Below, piece after piece: positions 60,705-64,000 of a stretch of 64,000 bases of DNA. Position 1 is the first letter of the stretch, and each line of letters starts with the position of its first letter. The stretch lies in the NCBI GenBank assembly GCA_965204535.1, contig OZ241996.1, positions 704,001 through 768,000 of the forward strand, in the 5' to 3' direction. A program made the position numbers and the translations under genes. Source of the DNA: a bacterium (GTDB lineage Bacteria > UBA8248). The notes under the pieces are model-generated. The model saw nothing but the letters and a program-made list of their open reading frames with translations, was not told where the DNA came from and made no database searches.

Positions 60705-61864
60705 CGCTCCATCCTCCCGTTCGTGACGTGGACGCCGATGCTCTCCCCCACGCGGGTGGCCGCCGCCCGCTCGGCATCCCGCATCAGGTGCGCGTAGCGC
60801 GCCGTCGTCGCCACCTCGCCGTGTCCGAGCAGCGCCCCGATCACCGGGAGGTTCTCGCCCAGCGCGAGCGCCCGGCTCGCATACGAATGACGCAAGTCAT
60901 GGAGGCGCACGTCTCCGAGCCCCGCACGCGCCCGGAGGGGCTTCCAGTAGTGATAGAGGTTCGTGAGCCTGCCCCCGCCCCGCTGGGCGCGGAACACCCA
61001 GGGACCGTCCCCCCGCGGGGGAAGCGCGTCGAGCAACGGCCCCGTCAGCGGAACCATCCGTGGTCCCGTCTTCGTGTCTCTCAATCTCAGTTCCCCCGCC
61101 GCGCGGTCCACGTCGTCCCACCTGAGGCTCAGCACCTCGTCCCGCCGGCATCCCGTCAGGAGGAGAATCCTGATCGCCGCCACCGCAGGCGGCCACGACG
61201 TATCGTCTTCCCGCAACACACGGCCCAGCCGGCGGTATTCCGCAGGCGTCAGGAACCGCTCCCGCTTGCGCGTCCTGTAGCGGCGAAGCCTCCGGCACGG
61301 GTTCCGGCCGGGCGGTATCAGTTCCCACGCCTCGGCAAGCGTGAACATCCGCTTGAGCACGTCCACCGCGGCGTTCGCCGTCCCCGGCGTCGCGCGCAGG
61401 GCGTGCTGGAGCGCCGCGGCCTCCGCCTTGCCCACGTCACCGAGGTTCATCGAACCCAGCGCCGGCAGGATATGGTTGTCGAGCACGGAGCGGTACTTGG
61501 GCGCCGTGGACGGCTTGCAGCGACTCGCGACGTACTCGCGCATGAAGCGTCCGGCCAGGTCCGCCACCGTGGGCGCGGGTTCCGCCTCTCCGGAGAGGGG
61601 CTCCTCGCCCCGCCTGATCCGGTCGATGACGGGCGCTGCGCGTTTCCTGGCCTCATCGCACGAGAGCGCCCCGTGGCGACCGAGCGTCACGCGCACAGGC
61701 CCGCGCGGTCCTCTCGACTGCACCACGTAGACCTTCCGGCCCGTTGCGTGCACCCGCACCCCGAAACCCGCCAGGTCCCGGTCCCAGAATACGGCGTCCT
61801 TCTCCTTGACCGCGAGCGCGTCGACCGCGCGCTTGGTGAGCTTGAACTCGCTTCTTCTCGGCAT
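60701..61864 (-). CDS. Tyrosine recombinase/integrase with Arm-DNA-binding domain (first of pair)
   Basis: GGAGG RBS, MPRRSEFKLTKRAVD, FWDRDLAGFGVRV; R-K-HxxR-H-Y intact; ATGA overlap with the next integrase. Confidence 0.95.
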   Translation of the reverse strand: MPRRSEFKLTKRAVDALAVKEKDAVFWDRDLAGFGVRVHATGRKVYVVQSRGPRGPVRVTLGRHGALSCDEARKRAAPVIDRIRRGEEPLSGEAEPAPTVADLAGRFMREYVASRCKPSTAPKYRSVLDNHILPALGSMNLGDVGKAEAAALQHALRATPGTANAAVDVLKRMFTLAEAWELIPPGRNPCRRLRRYRTRKRERFLTPAEYRRLGRVLREDDTSWPPAVAAIRILLLTGCRRDEVLSLRWDDVDRAAGELRLRDTKTGPRMVPLTGPLLDALPPRGDGPWVFRAQRGGGRLTNLYHYWKPLRARAGLGDVRLHDLRHSYASRALALGENLPVIGALLGHGEVATTARYAHLMRDAERAAATRVGESIGVHVTNGRMER

Positions 61865-61882
61865 GGTTCCTCCCGGAAATAT

Positions 61883-61928
61883 GTAATCAAAACGCATACA
61901 AGCGGCGTCAAACGAGAGCGTATTCAAG
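61883..61928 (+). repeat. 46-bp integrase-associated motif, copy 5
   Basis: GTAATCAAAACGCATACAAGCGGCGTCAAACGAGAGCGTATTCAAG, 18 nt from the integrase start codon. Confidence 0.65.
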
Positions 61929-62064
61929 CATAAATATGACGAAAACACAAGAGGGGAAATTCGAAAGGTGTGTTATTTAATCAAGTATTATCAGTTATTT
62001 GCATCATCCAGGCGTAGCCAGTCGAACGATTGACATACCGGTCGATTTAAATTATATGTTTGCT

Positions 62065-62205
62065 CGTCATTCCGGCGAATGCCGGAATCCAGAACCGATG
62101 AGAGAACCCGGGGCTCAGGGAATCCCGCCGCCCATATCGGATCGCCAAATGATGGACTTTCTTCCACTCATGCCCGCCTGGATTCCGGCATACGCCGGAA
62201 TGGCG
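62065..62205. repeat. REP/MITE-like palindromic element (GTCATTCC type)
   Basis: CGTCATTCCGGCGAATGCCGGAATCCAG ... CTGGATTCCGGCATACGCCGGAATGGCG. Confidence 0.75.
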
Positions 62206-62299
62206 GCGTTTTGCTTCGGCGTTGACCGGCCAGGAGGACGCGCGTCCCCAAAACGTGCGATATTCCCATTTCCCATCCCACCTCCGAGGAGAAGCCGAC

Positions 62300-62848
62300 A
62301 TGACGAAAACCGAAAGGGCGCCGGGGCCTGGGTCGCTCGAGGCGCGGCTGCGTGATATCGAGGACAGGCTCGAAATCTACAACTTGATCGCCTCGCACCC
62401 GCCGAGCGCGGACACGGGCGCAGATTATTACACCCGCGCCGTCTTCACCGAGGACGGCGTCTTCGACCGGGGGGAGAGTCTCGACTACACGGTCGGAAAC
62501 GAGGCCATCGCCGCCATCACCCGAAGGCCTGAGCATCGAGAGGCCATCCACGGTGGCCTCGCCCACTTCGCCGGGCTGCCGTACGTCGAACTCGACGGCG
62601 ATTCGGCCCGGGTCACCTCCTATTTGCAACTCATCCATCCGGACCACCAGGGCGCAGAGCGCGAACTGCCCAACCACGGCGTCTCGACCGGCTACCGCAT
62701 CCACCGCGTCCTCGCCAACCGCTGGGAGCTCGTGCGCACGCCGGAGGGCTGGAAGATCAAGAGCCGCAAGCTGCGCCCGCTCGACGGCACACCCCCCGCA
62801 CGAGACATCCTCGCCGACGTCCTGGCGCGCCACCGCCCCGCCGATTGA
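62300..62848 (+). CDS. SnoaL-like / NTF2-family protein
   Basis: RLRDIEDRLEIYNLIA, FTEDGVFD, ELVRTPEGWKIKSR. Confidence 0.85.
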   Translation: MTKTERAPGPGSLEARLRDIEDRLEIYNLIASHPPSADTGADYYTRAVFTEDGVFDRGESLDYTVGNEAIAAITRRPEHREAIHGGLAHFAGLPYVELDGDSARVTSYLQLIHPDHQGAERELPNHGVSTGYRIHRVLANRWELVRTPEGWKIKSRKLRPLDGTPPARDILADVLARHRPAD

Positions 62849-62926
62849 GGGGCGAAGCCTGCAAGCGCGCTGCTTCAGGTGAGGTCAAGGAGGAAAAAGA
62901 GAAGGAGAGGCGAAGCCCCCGCCCCC

Positions 62927-63334
62927 TCAGCCGTCCTGCGAGTCGGGCGCCGCGGACGTGCGGCGGATGAGTTCTCTGAGCGCCTCGTTCTGACCTTCGA
63001 TCGCCGCCATGTTTTCCCGATGTTGGCGTTCCATCGCCGTCATGGCTTCTTGGTGTCGGCTGTCCAGCGCCTTCATGGTTTCCCTGTGCTGCGCCATGTT
63101 TTCCCGGTGCTGGGCGTCGCGCTGAACCGCGGCCCGGCGCATGATGTAGAACCCGACTCCGATGAGGCTGCATTGCGCGGCCCCGACGAGGGCAGCGACC
63201 CATACGGAAGCTCGTTGCACGGCGAGCGATGCTTGTTGAAAGGCTAGAGTGGCCTGCTGCAGTGCGAGCGTGTCTTTTTGCAGCGCAAGGGCGGCTTGCT
63301 GCACGGTGAGGCTTGCGGCTTCGTATTCCGTCAT
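62927..63334 (-). CDS. Hypothetical single-TM protein with short internal repeats
   Basis: AGGAG RBS; LAxQQA heptads and QHRE(N/T)M repeats. Confidence 0.55.
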   Translation of the reverse strand: MTEYEAASLTVQQAALALQKDTLALQQATLAFQQASLAVQRASVWVAALVGAAQCSLIGVGFYIMRRAAVQRDAQHRENMAQHRETMKALDSRHQEAMTAMERQHRENMAAIEGQNEALRELIRRTSAAPDSQDG

Positions 63335-63551
63335 TCGGTTCTCTCCTGTCTGTCCTCGTGGAGCAGCCAGTTCCGCCAGTTTCGCCCAGAGAGTGGGATA
63401 AGTCAAAGCGACGGCGCTTTCGGCTCCTCGTCGCCTTGTGCCTCTGAATCCACCACGAGGCGCACGCCTCCTCACAATTCCGCGCGCCCGGTTTTTGGTG
63501 TATACAAAGGCTTTGCGTTCCCGATATGAAAGATTCAGCAAGGAGAACACC

Positions 63552-64000
63552 GTGGGGCAGACGATGGCGGAGAAAATCCTCTCCGCGCACTCAGATAGCG
63601 AGGCCAGGGCGGGCGACCTGGTGATCGCCGAACTCGACTACGTCATGGCGGGCGACGCCAAGGGGCCCAAGGCGGTCGACATCTTCAGGGACGCAGGCTT
63701 CGAGTTCCGGATGGACCCCAAGAAGACCGATTTCGTCATCGATCATTTCGTGCCGGCGCAGGACGTGCTCTGGGCGAACCACCACAAGAAGCTGAGAATC
63801 TTCGGTGAGGAGCACGGCGTCGAGGTATTCGAGCCGGGCGCGGGTGTGTGTCACACCGTCGTGACGGAGGAGGGCCGGGTGGGCCCCGGCGCGCTCGCCG
63901 TGGGGGGCGACAGCCACGTATGCACCTACGGTGCGCTGGGCGCGATGGGCGTGGCGGTCGAGAGCGTGGAAATCGCCTCCGCCTACGCCACCGGCAAGCT
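63552..64000 (+). CDS. 3-isopropylmalate dehydratase / homoaconitase large-subunit family (3' partial)
   Basis: AAGGAG RBS, GTG start; GQTMAEKILSAH, IDHFVP, GVCH, GGDSHVCTYGA. Confidence 0.88.
   Translation, partial: MGQTMAEKILSAHSDSEARAGDLVIAELDYVMAGDAKGPKAVDIFRDAGFEFRMDPKKTDFVIDHFVPAQDVLWANHHKKLRIFGEEHGVEVFEPGAGVCHTVVTEEGRVGPGALAVGGDSHVCTYGALGAMGVAVESVEIASAYATGK

Larger units (their letters stand above)
24820..62000. mobile_element. Mosaic genomic island (tyrosine-integrase element, decayed ICE/IME-like); boundaries approximate
   Basis: Tandem integrases at the right edge, Xis-like gene at the left, shared 46-bp motif at both edges, abrupt compositional shifts, many IS, plasmid-type and defence-type genes; no att core or tRNA found. 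Confidence 0.75.

Noticed and set aside
24757-62033. CGATTGA shared near both island edges as an att core
   Set aside because: Only 7 bp, also present at ~25248, and expected by chance.
1-64000. CRISPR array, rRNA or intact tRNA/tmRNA
   Set aside because: No regularly spaced repeat-spacer run or cloverleaf was seen. The 46-bp motifs are kilobases apart.

Overview
The window has two parts. Bases 1 to ~24.6 kb and ~62.2-64 kb are mid-GC bacterial core genes: hpnD-hpnE, cold-shock protein, TPP enzyme, ilvD, cobB-like sirtuin, three tandem acetamidases, a cupin/oxidoreductase/MaoC cluster, a cobA-sulfite/nitrite reductase-chelatase-ATP-grasp-DMT operon, a SnoaL-like gene and a partial aconitase-family gene. 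Two core genes appear to be selenoproteins that the ORF track cuts at an in-frame UGA; each has a SECIS-like hairpin 11-12 nt downstream (a DUF442-type sulfurtransferase/phosphatase and a DsbA/FrnE-like protein). Bases ~24.8-62.0 kb form a ~37 kb mosaic island ending in two overlapping, intact tyrosine integrases. A previously unannotated 46-bp motif occurs five times, at both island edges and next to integrase relics. The island also holds a candidate invertible promoter beside a surface lipoprotein, an IS66 carrying a DUF4338 passenger, and an orphaned conjugative leading region (ssb, DUF4326, DUF2493, ssDNA hairpin, oriT-like site, RHH gene). It further contains an IS1111-type IS110 whose four bridge-RNA guide segments can be read directly against its own target and donor junctions, IS1182, decayed and chimeric IS256 copies, and a defence-type cargo block (SIR2-SEC-C, AbiE-like pair, HD-CE/GHKL ATPase, HEPN-like ORF). 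All family calls come from reading motifs by eye; no database searches were run.
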